Position numbers and translations under genes: made by a program. Of a stretch of 64,000 nucleotides of DNA, positions 46,634 to 61,642 are shown piece after piece. Location of the stretch: contig BAAIJX010000005.1 in NCBI GenBank assembly GCA_054600435.1, positions 558,001 to 622,000 on the forward strand. Direction: 5' to 3'. The DNA comes from Neophaeotheca triangularis (lineage: Eukaryota). The notes below the pieces were generated by a model, which worked only from the letters and a program-made list of their open reading frames with translations, did not search any database and was not told where the DNA came from. The stretch's first letter is position 1. The number at the start of each line of letters is the position of its first letter.

Positions 46634-48144
46634 GACTGATGTTCTTTAACCTCGGTGAGGAGTCAAGATACTGTGAACAATCGTGGAAGGGTTTAGCATT
46701 TGGTTTTCTTGGAGGTCATGTGGTGTATAAGGTACTGTAGGTACCTCGACTAAGGTATGGTAGGTAGGTACTAGTAGGTATTAGGTAGTGCTCGTATTGT
46801 TGAAGCAGGGCAGGCAGTCAAGACACTGCCAAGACCAGGACCAGCCTTTCACGGGCGACTTCCGGCTTCGCGAGCCTGGAGCTTTCTGCCGGATCAGCGA
46901 GATCGGCTCCCGAAGAGCCTCAGCAGATACAACCGACCTCTTCCCTTGACAGAGTAAATAAGGTTCACTAGGCTTTCAGCTAAAGGTGCTCGAGACTTGA
47001 CTTGAGAATATAATAATATTAATGTGAGTTGCTCGGATCACCGTGTAGAAACAGAGGCAGAAGATGGATAGCTGTCGGGCGAAAGGGACTACAGTAAAGG
47101 AACCATTTCACGGTGAGAGAGGTTTGGATCGTAGTACTAGCGGGTCTCTGCTCATTTCCATAGAGAGAGATCTTCGAAGCGATAGAAATCTAGTGTGATT
47201 GGCTCATTTCGCTTCTTGTGCACGCGGAGGAGGTGAGGAGATGTCGGCCATGTTATTATTATTATGCACATAAAAACGACAACGGCCGGGTCTTTTGCCG
47301 ACTACTACTTACCTAGTAAAAGGACAAGGTCTGGGCAGGTGTTGCGGCCAATTATTCTTGGAGAAAGTCAATAGTACCACCGTTGCTACAGTGGCAACAA
47401 GTGGCACCGCGGGGACTTGCAGTAATAATAATACCGGGCAGACGTCTGCAGAAGCTCCAAGATAGGCTTGGCTGGGCATTCCCTTGATAATGATTGTGTT
47501 CGTACGACGGGGCTTCTGCTGTCGGTCGTTCGGACGCCGTGCTTTTTGGGGAATCATGGCTATAATGACAGTCATGTAGATTGGTATGGCATTGTTGGCA
47601 TGAGAAAAGATGGTGATGAGGCCTGAGCAACCAAACCGAATCATGGAAAGGGCAGGCAGTAATGATCAATCACATGAGTACTAACCGTGAGTAATGTAGG
47701 TTATTAGTACCTAGGTAGGTAGGTACAGTAGGTAGACGTAGACATATACAGGAAAGCACAGACGCCGTCGGTTGCCAGGTGGTCGCTGTGGGGCCGAAGC
47801 TTGTCGCCAATACTGCGACTGCTTGCCTTGCCCTGCCCTGCCACTGCTACTGCTTGCTTGCTTGCTGAGCTGTCCGCCGTCTTTCTGCTGCTTCAAATAC
47901 ACCCTGCCTTCCCGCCGCTCCATCCCACTCGTTCTCACTCTCACCTCACACACTACTACTACTACTACTCTCACCCAACACTCGGTCCCACAGCTCGCAT
48001 TCCCATCTTCATCAGACTTCTCCCAAACCTTCCATTGCTACACCACCAAACTCGTGAGGTAAGATGTCTTCTACAAACGCCCTCATCGCCAGAGGCGCGA
48101 ACCCTCGCTAATACGCAGTGGCCCTACAGCTCCTCGCCACAAGC

Positions 48145-48886
48145 ATGTTCTACTCCACCGCCCTCACCGCCGCCCTTGTGGCCTTCTCCTCCTTCGCCAC
48201 TGCTCAGAACGAGACAGAGCCCACCGGAAGCGACACCTACTTCTACGGCGACGATGGCAGCCTGCAAATCGACCCCAACACCGTCGAACTAGTCCTCCGT
48301 CAATCGTGGTGCCGTGGACAAACCAACAACTGCCCGATCATCTGTGGTGGCGTTGCGTCCCAGAACACTTGCGATTCGGTAAGCTGTTGCGAACAAACCT
48401 CCAATCAGCACAGTTCTAACATGCATTTAGAACACCCTTGAATTCGAGTGCGAGTGCCAGAATGGCAACCAGCCCAACATTACCGACTTCGACGCGACCA
48501 TGCCATCGTACATCTGCCAGGAATGGAGGAGTCTTTGCGTTGAGGACCACCCCGACGACCTTGAAGGCCAGTCTGGATGCGAGTCTATCACTTGTGGTGA
48601 CCGCGCCGTCGCCGAATTGAGCGAGGGCGACAACTCTGCTGCAACGACCAGCAGCGCCGCCGAGACCACCACTTCCACCTCTACCGCCACCTCTGCCGGC
48701 ACCTCATCGACTGGCTCGACCAGCGGCTCCAGCTCTGACGACAGTGACGATGCCGATAGCGAGGCTACCACCGACGACAGCGACGACTCTGACAGTGCTG
48801 ACTCTGGCGCCATGGACCTTGCCATGAACTACGGTACCGGCGCTCTTGCGGCCGGCATCTTCGGTCTCTTCGCCTTTGCTTTGTAG
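48145..48886 (+). CDS. Secreted, probably GPI-anchored Cys-rich cell-surface protein
   Basis: Signal peptide, Cys-rich domain (WCRGQTNNCPIICGG...), Ser/Thr/Asp stalk and hydrophobic C-terminal GPI signal. Intron 48379-48430. Confidence 0.85.
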
Positions 48887-49579
48887 ATGGCCAGTGTGGG
48901 GGATAGGAAGATGCATGACGGACAAGGATATGCTTCTGGGTGTGCCAGTACCAAAAGCGTAGACAAGCGTGCTAGGTGGTACGGACAGTCGATACGGTTC
49001 AACATTACGGATTCATGGCGCATAACGAGAAGGTGTGGCTGGGCATAACGTTTATTAATGCAACTATTGAGAGTTGGGGCTGGGTTGCGGCATTGCATGG
49101 TGCTTTGATGTACAATGCACTTGTGCGCATTCCAGAGTAGATTCACTCGTACCAGTATTCTTTCCGTCGAAATCTTACCAATTGTTGTCATCCACCAAAG
49201 TATCAATTGTTGGTAATAGCTTTAGCCACTTAGATGGTTGCGTCGACTGACTTTTGTCACCGTCGTGAAAATATCAATGGTCCGACTGCCACGTTGTTGC
49301 CATCCAAACACAGTATATCTGCCACGATCTGATTCTGGTATCGAATGCGTCCAGTCCTTTTGACTTTGGACCAGACCGGACCCTTGCGCCTCGGCGATCA
49401 GCAAAATTGTCACTACTGCGGAAAGCCTGCGCACATCCCACTTCTCTATTGAAGAGTCACCTCCCAGAAGTCTCGCCTACCCTTCCTCTTCTTCTTCTGC
49501 TTCATATCCGACTGAATCTGCTACAGTTGACTTCGCATTCCCTCAATCCAGCGTCTGATTTACTACTACTCTATTCAAG

Positions 49580-50908
<1,329 letters not shown>

Positions 50909-51400
50909 ATGACTTGAAGCATACGAGCAGATATGAGATGATGTGTGAACGGGTACGCGGGCGTTGCGGTTGCGTTTGGCATTGCTAAAATATAAAAGTT
51001 GGGGGGTTAGGCAACTTGACATGATACCTAGATTTTTTTTCTTACGGGGACTATAAAAGCCACCTTGATTTCTGCCCACGAGCCTCCGGAGCCTGCCTTG
51101 CTCTCTCTCGCCTACATGCGACTCTGCCTTGCGAACCACCGGTCTAAAAAGTGTCTCAACCCGGTGTTGAAGATGTGAATGTCCAAGGAAGAGTAAGGTA
51201 GGTAGTGGACACTGTCAGCTCTTTAGCCTCAATCTCATTGGCTGCAAAAGAAGAAAGACGCTATGTAGTACCCGGTTTCGAGCATTATTCACGGCGCTCC
51301 CGACTTTCCCTCGGTCTTCTGGCCAAGACCGGTCGATGGCTCGTTGGTTGATAGTGTTACACGCCACCTACCTAGTGAGTGGCTGCGTTTTGTGTGAGCA

Positions 51401-51475
51401 TTCACGTCTTTGGGCATTCACGTCTTATCACCGTTCACGTCTATCACCGTTCACGTCTCATCACCATTCCCGTCT
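51401..51475. repeat. Five copies of TTC(A/C)CGTCT at 16-17 bp spacing
   Basis: Copies start at 51401, 51417, 51434, 51450 and 51467. Confidence 0.85.
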
Positions 51476-51760
51476 GTCCTCTGACGCCGAGATGTGTGAG
51501 ATTCAATCACAATAACCTACATTTGGTAGGTATCTCGTAGCTAGACAAAGGCTACCTAGAGCTGGACAAGGCATCGCTGGCATCGGGTGCACAAATTGAT
51601 GAGGTTTCTGACCGAGCTGGTGCTGCTGTTGGGCGCAAGACCCTGATGTCTTGGGGTTCTGATTGAGAGTCGCAAGTAGAAGAGGCCGAGCAGTTGTGGC
51701 TTCGTACTACCCAGACCCTTCCGCTTCTCTACTTGGAGAGGGAGGGGACTCGGCGTGCGG

Positions 51761-52497
51761 TCAACGCTGCTTGCTGGCTGTCCCGAGCCTGCTCTCCTCC
51801 TTAATCCGAACCCGAGCTCCATGCCCACTCTCGCTCGCAACATTGATAGTCCTTCGTTCGGTAGAAGTAAACGCTGGCGATCGGCGCATCGGACAGTGCG
51901 CCTGGGTCAAGACTGCCTTGCTCGCGACTTTTGGCTGTGCAGGAAGCGTGTCGACGAGCTCCGGGACGTCCCCGACGCTGGTCACCTCCCCCGGGCAGTC
52001 GCAGGAAAGCTGTTCACGATCCGAGAGCAACGCCAAAGTCACCCGTGCGCGGTGCAAGCAAGACTCTCGGCGGCTGAGTCAGGGCCATGGAGTGAAGAGA
52101 GTGGCGAGTTTGGACAGCGGCGAGAATTTTCTGAAGGGTAGATCTCGACGGGCAATTCGTTGGGATTTTGTCGGTTGAGCGTCTTGATCCAGCCGGGAGT
52201 TGGTGGCGAGGCTTGAATGGGTCCAGGCACCTCGAGGCGTATGATGGGAGGTCGATTCCCGGGCACAGGATGAAGAGATTGCCGCTTTTCATGCGACTGC
52301 CGCGGTAGCATGCCAGCTTTTGGTCGCATGCAAGCTTTCTGAGAGGTTTTGATGGCGTTGTTGAAGCGGTGATTGACCCTCTTGAAGCGGACGAGGGCGT
52401 GGAGTGGTAGGTGGTGGAAGACTCCCTCTACTAGCTCTGTGATGCTGAGAACCTCATAGCCGGCGGTCATCTCGGTGCCTGGGGAGATAGTGCCCAT
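51761..52497 (-). pseudogene. Probable frameshifted F-box gene
   Basis: F-box EVLSITELVEGVFHHLPLHALVRFKRVN in one frame, family motif MALTQPP in a second frame (52014-52292) and a plausible tail in a third. No clear GT donor links them. Confidence 0.5.
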
Positions 52498-52763
52498 GCA
52501 AGCTTGGAGAGAGCGTTAGCTGTTTGTAATGGTGGATGTGGAATTTGTCTACCGGCAGGGTACAACTTACGTTTGACCTGCGGAGACGCCGCAAGCGGAA
52601 TGAGGTCCCCCATGTCGATGGTTGACTTTTTTAGTTGAGTGAAGGTGAAGTATTGAAAAGTCGCAGTCGTGAGTATCTCAATCCCGAGTACGTGAAGAAA
52701 CGCGCAAAGGTCTGTGCACTTGGGAGGTGTTGCTTGGGGTAGCGTTGGGGGCCTCGTGAATTC

Positions 52764-54421
52764 CTATCGACCATCGCGTATGTACAAGTAATTCTTGTAC
52801 TTGTTGGCCGTCCAGCGGCGGCAACTCTTGCCCCAGTAAATCATGGGTACCGTGAGTAAGTGGAATGCTAATGACAGCACACCTATGGCGATGAAAGTAT
52901 TCGAGAGGCCCGATGCATCGATCCAAAGACCTGAGAAGTTGTAAGTTGAGGGCTCCAGCAATGAAGAACAACACTGGACTTACTCGTGACGAATGTGAAG
53001 ATGCACGCCAAGGAATTGTTGATCACAGCCACTCCAACCATACCCTCGAGCACCATTTCCGGGTAGGCGTCCATCAAGTAGGCCATGCTCAAATCGCCAG
53101 CACAACCCCAACCAAAGCCGATCAATCCTAGTCCGACGTATGGTGCTGGCCATGGCATACCCTCACCGGAAGCAATGCCAAACAGCATCAGGCCAGCCGG
53201 ATTAATTACCGCAGAAGGAAACAAGAGCCAAAGTCGGTCCTCAGCTTCGGAGATGCCATTTCGACGCCTAGCCATCCAACGTACAAACACATCGGAGAAC
53301 CAGCCTCCGTAGATGCAGCCAATTGTTGCTCCAATGAGTGTGGGAACGTTCATGATGGCGACTGCTTCATCGCCGTAGTTCCATGGCGGCCCGTACCATT
53401 TGTCTTCTTGGACGGTTAGATAAAAAGATAGCCAAGCATCCTGAGCTCCCCATTGCAGGCCAGAGTAGATGACAGCAGGGAAGTAAAACACCCGCAAAGT
53501 ATTGAAGAGGCGGCGAAAGTATTGCTTGAAACCCGTACCCCTCAAGTTGGGGGCTGGAGTGATCAAAGCGATGCGCTGTCGGAAAGGCTTTGGAGGGTCG
53601 CGAGAGTTGGTTACATCTTCCGCGGAATCGGAAGGCTGGACCTTCTCTGATGCATTTGTCGTCTTCGGTGCCAGAGGGGCCGCTGACTGGCCTTGCAAGA
53701 TCGAATAACGATCGAACGAGGTTTCTTCCAGGCCGAGGAGGAAGACAACCAAGGTTGTTCCACAGACGATGGCCGCAGTATAGCCCACCCAGCGCCATCC
53801 CACACCTGAAGCGATGTATCCGGCTACAAGGGGTCCCAAGAAAGTTCCAATAGACGTCGCAAGGATATAGAGACCCAGCACGCTACCCCGTTGATGCTGG
53901 AAGAAGAGATCGGATAACGAAAGCTGGACCAAAGCCTCCGCGCAAGATTCGGAAGCGCCGACGAACAGCTGATTCCAGATTGCTTCTTGCACAGTGAACA
54001 CTCTGGCGAAGAAGATGGAGCCGCCAATTGCCGAGAGCAAGCAGATCATGTACTGGATTCTGCGTCCGTATAGATATGGCATTGGGCTGGCCAGGAGCGT
54101 CCAGTACCCAATCCCGAGGAAGAGAACACCAGCAGCGGTGTTCTGAACGGCATAGTCGATGCCCAGATCCTGAAGCATGGATTCGCCGGCGGCTCCGGCA
54201 TCGTTGGAGATAGCCGCAGTGAGTGCAGTGATGAAGAGACACAGTGTGGCATGCCAATATTTGCGCCACTTGGGCCAATTCAGAGGGTCGTTTGGCGAAT
54301 CGGTAGGCTGGGGATCCAAGGTGATATGTTCGCTGTAGAGGGTTGAGGTCTGGTATTCGTTCTCAAAGGGTGCAAACATGCGCCGAGTCCCGGCGAGATG
54401 CTCGTCGTCCAACGAAGTCAT
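52764..54421 (-). CDS. MFS transporter, Hol1-like
   Basis: PQPTDSPNDPLNWPKWRK, YGRR, DLFFQHQRG, EAEDRL and multiple TM segments. Intron 52931-52983. Confidence 0.9.
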
Positions 54422-57400
54422 CGCTGCGTTTTGTTGTTCTCCAATTGTGATTCGGGCAGTACACCCTGCAAAGTCAGCACAAGCAGTACCGCCTTATCGG
54501 TCTTCGAAAGCGTCAAGTGCCAACTGCTGCTTGTAGACCACTGAGCACATGGTACGGATTGAAGGAGTAGTATGAAATCAACGGAAGGCTCACGGCAAGC
54601 CAGAGAGATGTTTCGACGCGGCGTGACGAAAGAAGACGGAAAGGCACTGGGAGCAAAAAAAGTCTACCTTACCTCGCTTGGAGCGATTTGATCCGAAGCT
54701 CGAGCGCACCAATTAGAAGCCGACAGGGGCATGCATTGATGCCGGCCGCGGTAAGCGTAACCCCAAAAGCTCCATCTCTTGATTGTTGGCAGTTCTTCAT
54801 CCCATTCATCACCTACAGGTTATTCTTCCGGTTCCGTCTGGTGGTGCTTGGAAGAAGGAAGTCCGCGATGAAGAGCCCAATGGTGCCAACAACGGAGCAT
54901 TGCCTGCGGCAGCTAAACAAGGGCGAAGCTTGCTCGAAATGGCTCCTTGCTGATACAAGCTCCTAATCCAGCATCGCACTGTGTTGCAAGAGCCTGACTA
55001 GGGCAATTGTTATTGCTCTACGGTAGAGGGAGAAGCACCGGATTGGAGACATGTCGTCGAAGTCAAGCAGCGTCAAGACTTCCACGTTCACACACAAGCC
55101 CGCTGCCAAGACATCCCACTCCTGGCAACAGCACGATATCGGAAAAGGCCATCGGCTAGCCCCCAAGACATACAACCCAGACTTGCCCTTCTCACTCACG
55201 ACTCAATAGCGCTCCGAAATCATAGTTGCGACGGCACCTGTGATGGTCTTCGTTCTTGTACTGGGAAACACCACAACGAGTACCACCGCACTCTTGAAGA
55301 TGCACAGGTCTTAGGCGACTCCTCCGTGTTATTCAAGGGGGCAGCCCTGGTCTGGTCTTGAGACTAAAGACTGTGCATGTCCAGTGTTTATGGACTTCTA
55401 TACGATCCATCGGTAGGATGGCGATCAGGAGTCGCAGCAGACCGGAGAGCAACGCTTCCTTTAAGAGCGAGAATCCGTTGCAACCCGTTGGTCGTCCAGG
55501 GGGCCACAGATCGCGAGCATAAGGTCTGGACGTACAGATATACCATGGCGCTATTCAACTCAGAAAGGCCATCATAGGATATCGAACGTAAATGAACAAT
55601 AGCATGCACTCATAGAAGGCTGACGAATACAAAGCGGGAGATAGGTGGTGCTAAATGAAGCAGATTCTACGGGATACACAGCGCAAGCCAAGGGCGGTCT
55701 AGAGAATGCCTAAGCACAAGCTCCAGATTCGCGTGACACAAGCGACTGCTCCGCAATTTTTTGAAAAAAGTGAAGGGAAGACCTGGAAAGCGAGCCTCGA
55801 GCACCGATAGCGAACGCCTTGTCCATTATTGCCATGTAATGCGCACAAAAACATCCGGAGTAACAGGACTTCAAAAAACGTCAATGATTAACCTGGCTTG
55901 CCAGCACCTTGGAGACAGAGCGTGAGGTGTGAGCGAGGTGTCGAAATGGGTTAGGAAGCAAGTGACCGCTACTCCTGCTTCGCGAGAGGCCTGACAGCAC
56001 GGGATGCCAATCATCTTAGCGCATTTAGAAGCCTGCTTGGGATCGTGCACGGTGCGGCAAGGTAGGTTTGCGGGTGGTTGACTGCTGGGACGATTGGAGT
56101 AGTTGCCGATGTCGATAGCGGCGCTGTTGAGCCGTGGTGGATGGTCTGAGTGTCCAGCGGCACAAACGGCTTTGACAGCGGCTTAGCAGGTGGCAGACAG
56201 TCGATGCTCCGAGCCATACTTGTTAAAGTGATCATGAGGGATAGGTAACGAAGGGGAAAGTCGAAGTTCGAATCGCGTTGTGGAAGGCATTAGGAAGCTG
56301 TCGCATTGTGCGAATGTCGGGGTCCCACGTCGAAGATTGCGTGACGCTGGCGACGGGGTGTTTGGGATGAGACACCTCACTCGCTGTCGGAATCCTCGTC
56401 TCCCGAGCTTTCTTCGTTCGTCTCTGCCTCCTCGCGCCGAGCACGAGCAGTGAAATACGTTGCTGCAGAGTGCCGGCGAGCTTCGCTGGGGCGGCTAGGC
56501 CCGGAACCGGAGCGCAAGTTGGTTGGGTGGAGGACTGATTGCGATGAGCTTTCAGGAGCTGCCAAAGTACACCTCTGTTGACTGCGTCCTTGCTCAGGGG
56601 CTCCGTGGAGACTTCCGGCATTAGGCCGTCCTTCGATACGCTGGCGGGTGTTGGATCGCCTCCTGCTATATGGCTGGCTATTGGTGATAGGATCCTCGTC
56701 CGGTATCTCGAGCTCGGTAGGGTACGGATAACCCTGAGGCGGACCTTGGAACTGTTAGCGATGACTGGAGTCGAGGACGATGAGGACTGGCTATCCTTAC
56801 GTTCTAGTTGACTGCCCAACGTCCTCAGAAACCGCCTAGCATCATCTTGGTTCCGAGCGGTACATAAGAAGTCAGGTGCCATGAAGGTCACCGCCGACGG
56901 GCCTGTGCACAGTCAATACAGGATCGTGACACGAAGCATCTTGGCCGCTTACCATGAAGGTTCCTTTGATCATGTGTAGAAGAGGGTGTGCCTGGGTTGT
57001 GATGTACTTGCGGAGACCTCGCCCATGCCCCGACATGTCGGAGCTCGTTTTTCTGGCAGTCCCAACACACTAACGGGTCGCCAAAGCCGCGACGGTAGTG
57101 GCGGCAGGTCCGTTGGCCGTCGGGTACCATGCTCACAAGGCGGGAAGGTGTAGGCGGTGGTGGTCTCGGTGCTGTTTGTCTTCGAGAGAGGAGTGTTGGC
57201 GAACGATTGTTTGCTGATGTTCTGTGTCGTAGCAGATGGGTTCGACCACTTTAGACAGGTCCTGCTATAAAAGACGGAAGGAACGATTGACGACTACGTT
57301 CGCCTATACGGAGCATTAAGAGGGCGACTCCCTGCTTTGGGCCCAGGGGAGAAGAAGACGGTGAGGCGCGCGGGCCATCAGTGCCTGAGGGTGACAACTT

Positions 57401-59593
57401 CTCGGAGACCGCCGGTCATGATGGCCGACTACCACTCGGACAAGGTATTGTCTGAGTGGTGACACGTTTGGGCTCCTAGACTGCCCGTTGCCTTCAAACT
57501 GTTGACCCCCAGTGTGTCGCTTGTCACTTTGAACGCTGTGCTAGAAGCACCATCACGGTACCATGCTGTTGTTTCGGGTCTAGCTTGACGACCGTACTGT
57601 AATAGCCGGCAGACCGCCCTGCCATTGGCCGAGCACGCTTTCTACCGCGATGGGATTGATGTGCTCCCAGTGTTGTCTCGCTGACGCTATCTGTCGACGA
57701 CGCTGGAGTGGACAAGCTCATGGCACTTGGACCAACCAACCATACTTGGACGGAAGCCGGTGAGCCTCGTCTTGGTGGCACGACGAAAGCGCTGGCGTTG
57801 GTTCGACGCAGTGGAGAAGGAGGGATGTTCCCCCCAGGTGGTACCTGGCCCATGGACCGAGACGACGATGAGTCGTCTGGCTTGGAAAGCATACGGCCTT
57901 AGCTACCGCCAGCAGAGTCGGAAAGATTGGGACAGCCATGAGAGAAACGACGTGGGGATTTCACCTCTTTCTACCTGGCTCGGCCACCTCCCTGCCTAAT
58001 GGTGGCTGATTGTTTTATTGATCCCTCGATAAGCGCCATTTATCTACTTCCATTAGCGACTAAGCTAGCCATGCGCATCGCTTCGAGGACAGGTTTACGA
58101 GCGAAAGAGGCAAAGAGCTTCCTTAGCTCTGCTATGTATCTTTTTTCCACACATACATCCTTCGCTTATCACCGGTAGGCAAACTGCAGAATTGATGTCT
58201 ACAGGGATCAGCTACAGGGATCGACTACACGAACTACCTGCAGAGATCATACACGGGCCGAAGATCACGGAAAGACCCTTAGTAGGAACCTCTTGTTCAA
58301 TGTCAAGATCGACAAACAGCTCCACGCGAGCTGATCCAGTCCACTAAGCATACATTTCCAGACTGTAAATCACAGGGCCATCAAAAAGCTAACGGCTGAC
58401 ACTCGTCTTTGAAAGTCGTAGCGCTCTAGAACCCTCTCGATGATCAAGGCTAAAGGAAAAAGGCACGGACCTCGACTAGTCTATGCGCCTCAGCGACACA
58501 AGAATGAAGTGATGCTGGCCAACCGGATCTTCTTTGAACCTGCGCCTAAGGCCGGTAGATAAATCCGGCTTGAGAATCCATGCAGGAGGCTTCTGGTCGT
58601 GACGCTTACCTACACCATTGATGAGACGGAATGTCCACCGACGGCCCTTTCACCGAGACCGACGACCTGTAGACTCGAAGCCAATCGCTCCAGGCTCCTG
58701 ATGGCATTGTTCTCCCCACTTCGGTCTCGACCTGGTTTGCTTCCACCTTCGAACAATCGTCGATTCCGCCGCCCTGCTTTTGCGTAGCAACCCAGCAATG
58801 GCGCTTCAACGCTGTCCTACGGTCAAAAAGTACTGCACAGAATGAGGCCATGCAGCCATTGTCCTGCACCGACCAGTGCGACGTCGAAATTGACTTTTAA
58901 CCTGTCATGCATGGCTGCTCCTAATGCCGGCATTGTTGCTGCGCAATGGCGACAGAATGAGCGCCTTGCCAGCAGGAGCATGCTGCAAGATTCCGAGAGC
59001 TCGAGTACCAGAGCATCCGGCAATAGAAGTGATTTTGGCCAATGGCCCGACGGTTTGAGGCAATGCCCGCTTTTGCAATCTACCACAGCGGACAGCCCCG
59101 ACTGCTCTGCCTGGTTGGGTCTGCCGTCTTAAGACTCTAGACGTCGTCTCGGGTTCGACGTGTCATGCCGGGAATACCTTGGTTGTCGCTTTGCGAGCCG
59201 TCTTCGGGCTGCCTTGTGTCGTATGGACATCGTGGGATCCAAGGTCGGTATTGGGCTGATTCGGTCAATGCGCAAAGCCAGGCAAGTCGGGTAGCCAGTG
59301 AGAAAACGGAGGGCAAGGAGTAAAAGCGGTTGGGAAGATGACAGGTTGAACAAGGGCGGTTGGGCAGAAACTGGATCATTTTGTTCTCCAAGCTTGCTTT
59401 GCTGCACACCTGCAGTTTAGCAGCTTGTCAAACTGCAAGCAGCTTATATATTATTACTGCAGATAACTATTGGCTGGGCAGCGTTGCATGGCTGCATAAA
59501 AGCGCCGTCTCGTTTAATGACCTGCATGTACTGTGTGATCGCTTCGCGTGTACTGTACATCTAACCGACGGGGGAACACTCGCTATTTCGACT

Positions 59594-60676
59594 CTAGTTG
59601 GCGGCGCACTCATCCATCAGTCTCTTCTGACACTGCATCGCCGCCTTCGCGAACTCTGGCATCTCGTAGTCCTTGCCTTTACCATCTGCACCACCATCGA
59701 AGATTTCATAGCTGAACCACGATCTAAAACCAGTCTGCAGCACAGCTCTAGCAAAGTCCACGGTCGGCAAGTAACCCTCAAACGGCAGTGGTCGACGGTC
59801 CGTGCTCCACCTCGCCCGTGGCCTCGTGCCGTCTATAGCTTTGTTCTCAAAAGGCTGTTCCATCTTGTAAGCGTCCGAGATCTGCAGGAAGAAGATCTTG
59901 TCCGCGGGAACAGTATTCGCGAGCTTGTCACACGACGCTTTCCAATCTTTCGTGATCTGCTCTGCCGAGCGCCCATCCTCGAGCATGCCAGACTTGGTTG
60001 TGGGATCACCCCACTCACCACCCGCAGACTGGAAGGTGTCGAGACACAGCCCAAAGTTAGGCCTGTTGACCTTCTGACAGATATCCCACACATCCTCCCA
60101 GTCCGGCGCATGCGTACTCCAGCACCAGTTCTCATACGCAATCCTGAAACCCTTCTTCGCCAGCATATCCGCCAGTTCGGTCAAGTCCTTGACGAACCTG
60201 CTCCTGTCCTTGCCAATCTTCTCCTCGGGTGAGTCGGTAGAGCCGACCTGTAACATATCGGTGCCCGCAGCTTCCATGATGCGCACCCAGCCCTCCGCTC
60301 TCCTCCACGCATCCTTCCTCTCGTCTGAGCCCTCCGGCCAGCCCTCAAAGTTCGCAAACGGCTGGAGGATCAGGACTTTCAAGCCTTTGGCATCGCACAT
60401 GGTCCTCACGAGCTTTGCGACGCTGCACAGATCATCGTAGTCGTATGGTCCGATCTCGTCTGGTCCATCGGCTTGTTGGCTGGGGCGAAGGTGCTGGTTT
60501 GCCAGAGAGAGTAGGTCGGGCATGGAGAGCTCAATGGCCGTGAAACCTGCGCTTGCGATCGCTTCCAGCTTTTTCGGTAGCGTGTGTTCCTTTTTGCACC
60601 CGATTGAGCATGATGCGTAGGCTAGAGGGATGTTGGTGAGGGAATCCCGAGCGAGTTTCTCGTTTGCTCCTGGCAT
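59594..60676 (-). CDS. 3-dehydroshikimate dehydratase-like TIM-barrel protein (QutC/Qa-4, AP endonuclease 2 fold)
   Basis: LQPFANFEGW, IAYENWCWSTH, NFGLCLDTFQ, FFLQISDA, RARWS and WFSYEIFD. Confidence 0.8.
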   Translation of the reverse strand: MPGANEKLARDSLTNIPLAYASCSIGCKKEHTLPKKLEAIASAGFTAIELSMPDLLSLANQHLRPSQQADGPDEIGPYDYDDLCSVAKLVRTMCDAKGLKVLILQPFANFEGWPEGSDERKDAWRRAEGWVRIMEAAGTDMLQVGSTDSPEEKIGKDRSRFVKDLTELADMLAKKGFRIAYENWCWSTHAPDWEDVWDICQKVNRPNFGLCLDTFQSAGGEWGDPTTKSGMLEDGRSAEQITKDWKASCDKLANTVPADKIFFLQISDAYKMEQPFENKAIDGTRPRARWSTDRRPLPFEGYLPTVDFARAVLQTGFRSWFSYEIFDGGADGKGKDYEMPEFAKAAMQCQKRLMDECAAN

Positions 60677-61642
60677 TGTTGCGTTTTCGTGGTTTCTCTT
60701 GCAAATGAGATTGATAAATGGATTTGTTGAGTATCAAGGACTGCGGTCTGCTACTTTTACAAGATTAAAGATTGATTGAAAATGTTATGGAAGCAACGTG
60801 GAGTGGAAAAGGGACCTACAGGTCGTGATGGTGATGCAAGAGGGGCATGACGTCGTTGTGGGAGCTCGATCAGCTCTTGGGGTCACTTCTTTGCTTGCCT
60901 ACCTCGACTCCTAACGCACAATTTCTGCACCCTACATGGAGTGGTGTATGTAACGATCACCTATGTTTTGACCGCGCTGAAGATGGAGAAGACAAAACCG
61001 CGAGAGAGAGGTCGGATGTCCATCGAAACGCTCTTGGCACCGGCCCGAACAGGCTCCCTTGCCGACTTCAGCTTCCAACCCCAAGGCTCACTTTGACACT
61101 TTTAGGTGTCGGACCAATGGAAACACGACGGTCTTCGTGAAAGCTGACATACTGTTCGTGAATCGTGTCTCGTCGCAACTTTGGGCCGCAATCTGCCGCT
61201 TTTGAGCACTTTGCGGAAAAACGCAGCAAGCATTCCCCGAGACACCCCCAAGTCGTCCCCAAGTGGTGCTCCGCATCCATATCAGACTCGGTACAACACG
61301 CACCGAGCAATATCGACTACCTTCTACCTCCCTTACGCCTATCCGGAGACCGGTCAAACTCATTACGTACTTGGTCCTATAGCATGACTTCGCGGATTCG
61401 AACCTCGCCTTCCATGCCTTTCTTGCCAGGGGGGAGCGAAAGAGGTCGATCTTTCATCTCCTCACTATGTCCTGATGCGCTTGACAACTCTGTCATTAAT
61501 TTTGCCTCCAATCAGTACTCTCTGTTGCCAGCCTTTGTATCGGCACAAAGGAAAATAAGAAAGCCAAGGTAGCCAAGGTAGGTCTTAGCAATTGCTTGTT
61601 GTTCGTTTCCTCTATTCTGTTGTGTCCCGGTGCTCAGTCAAT

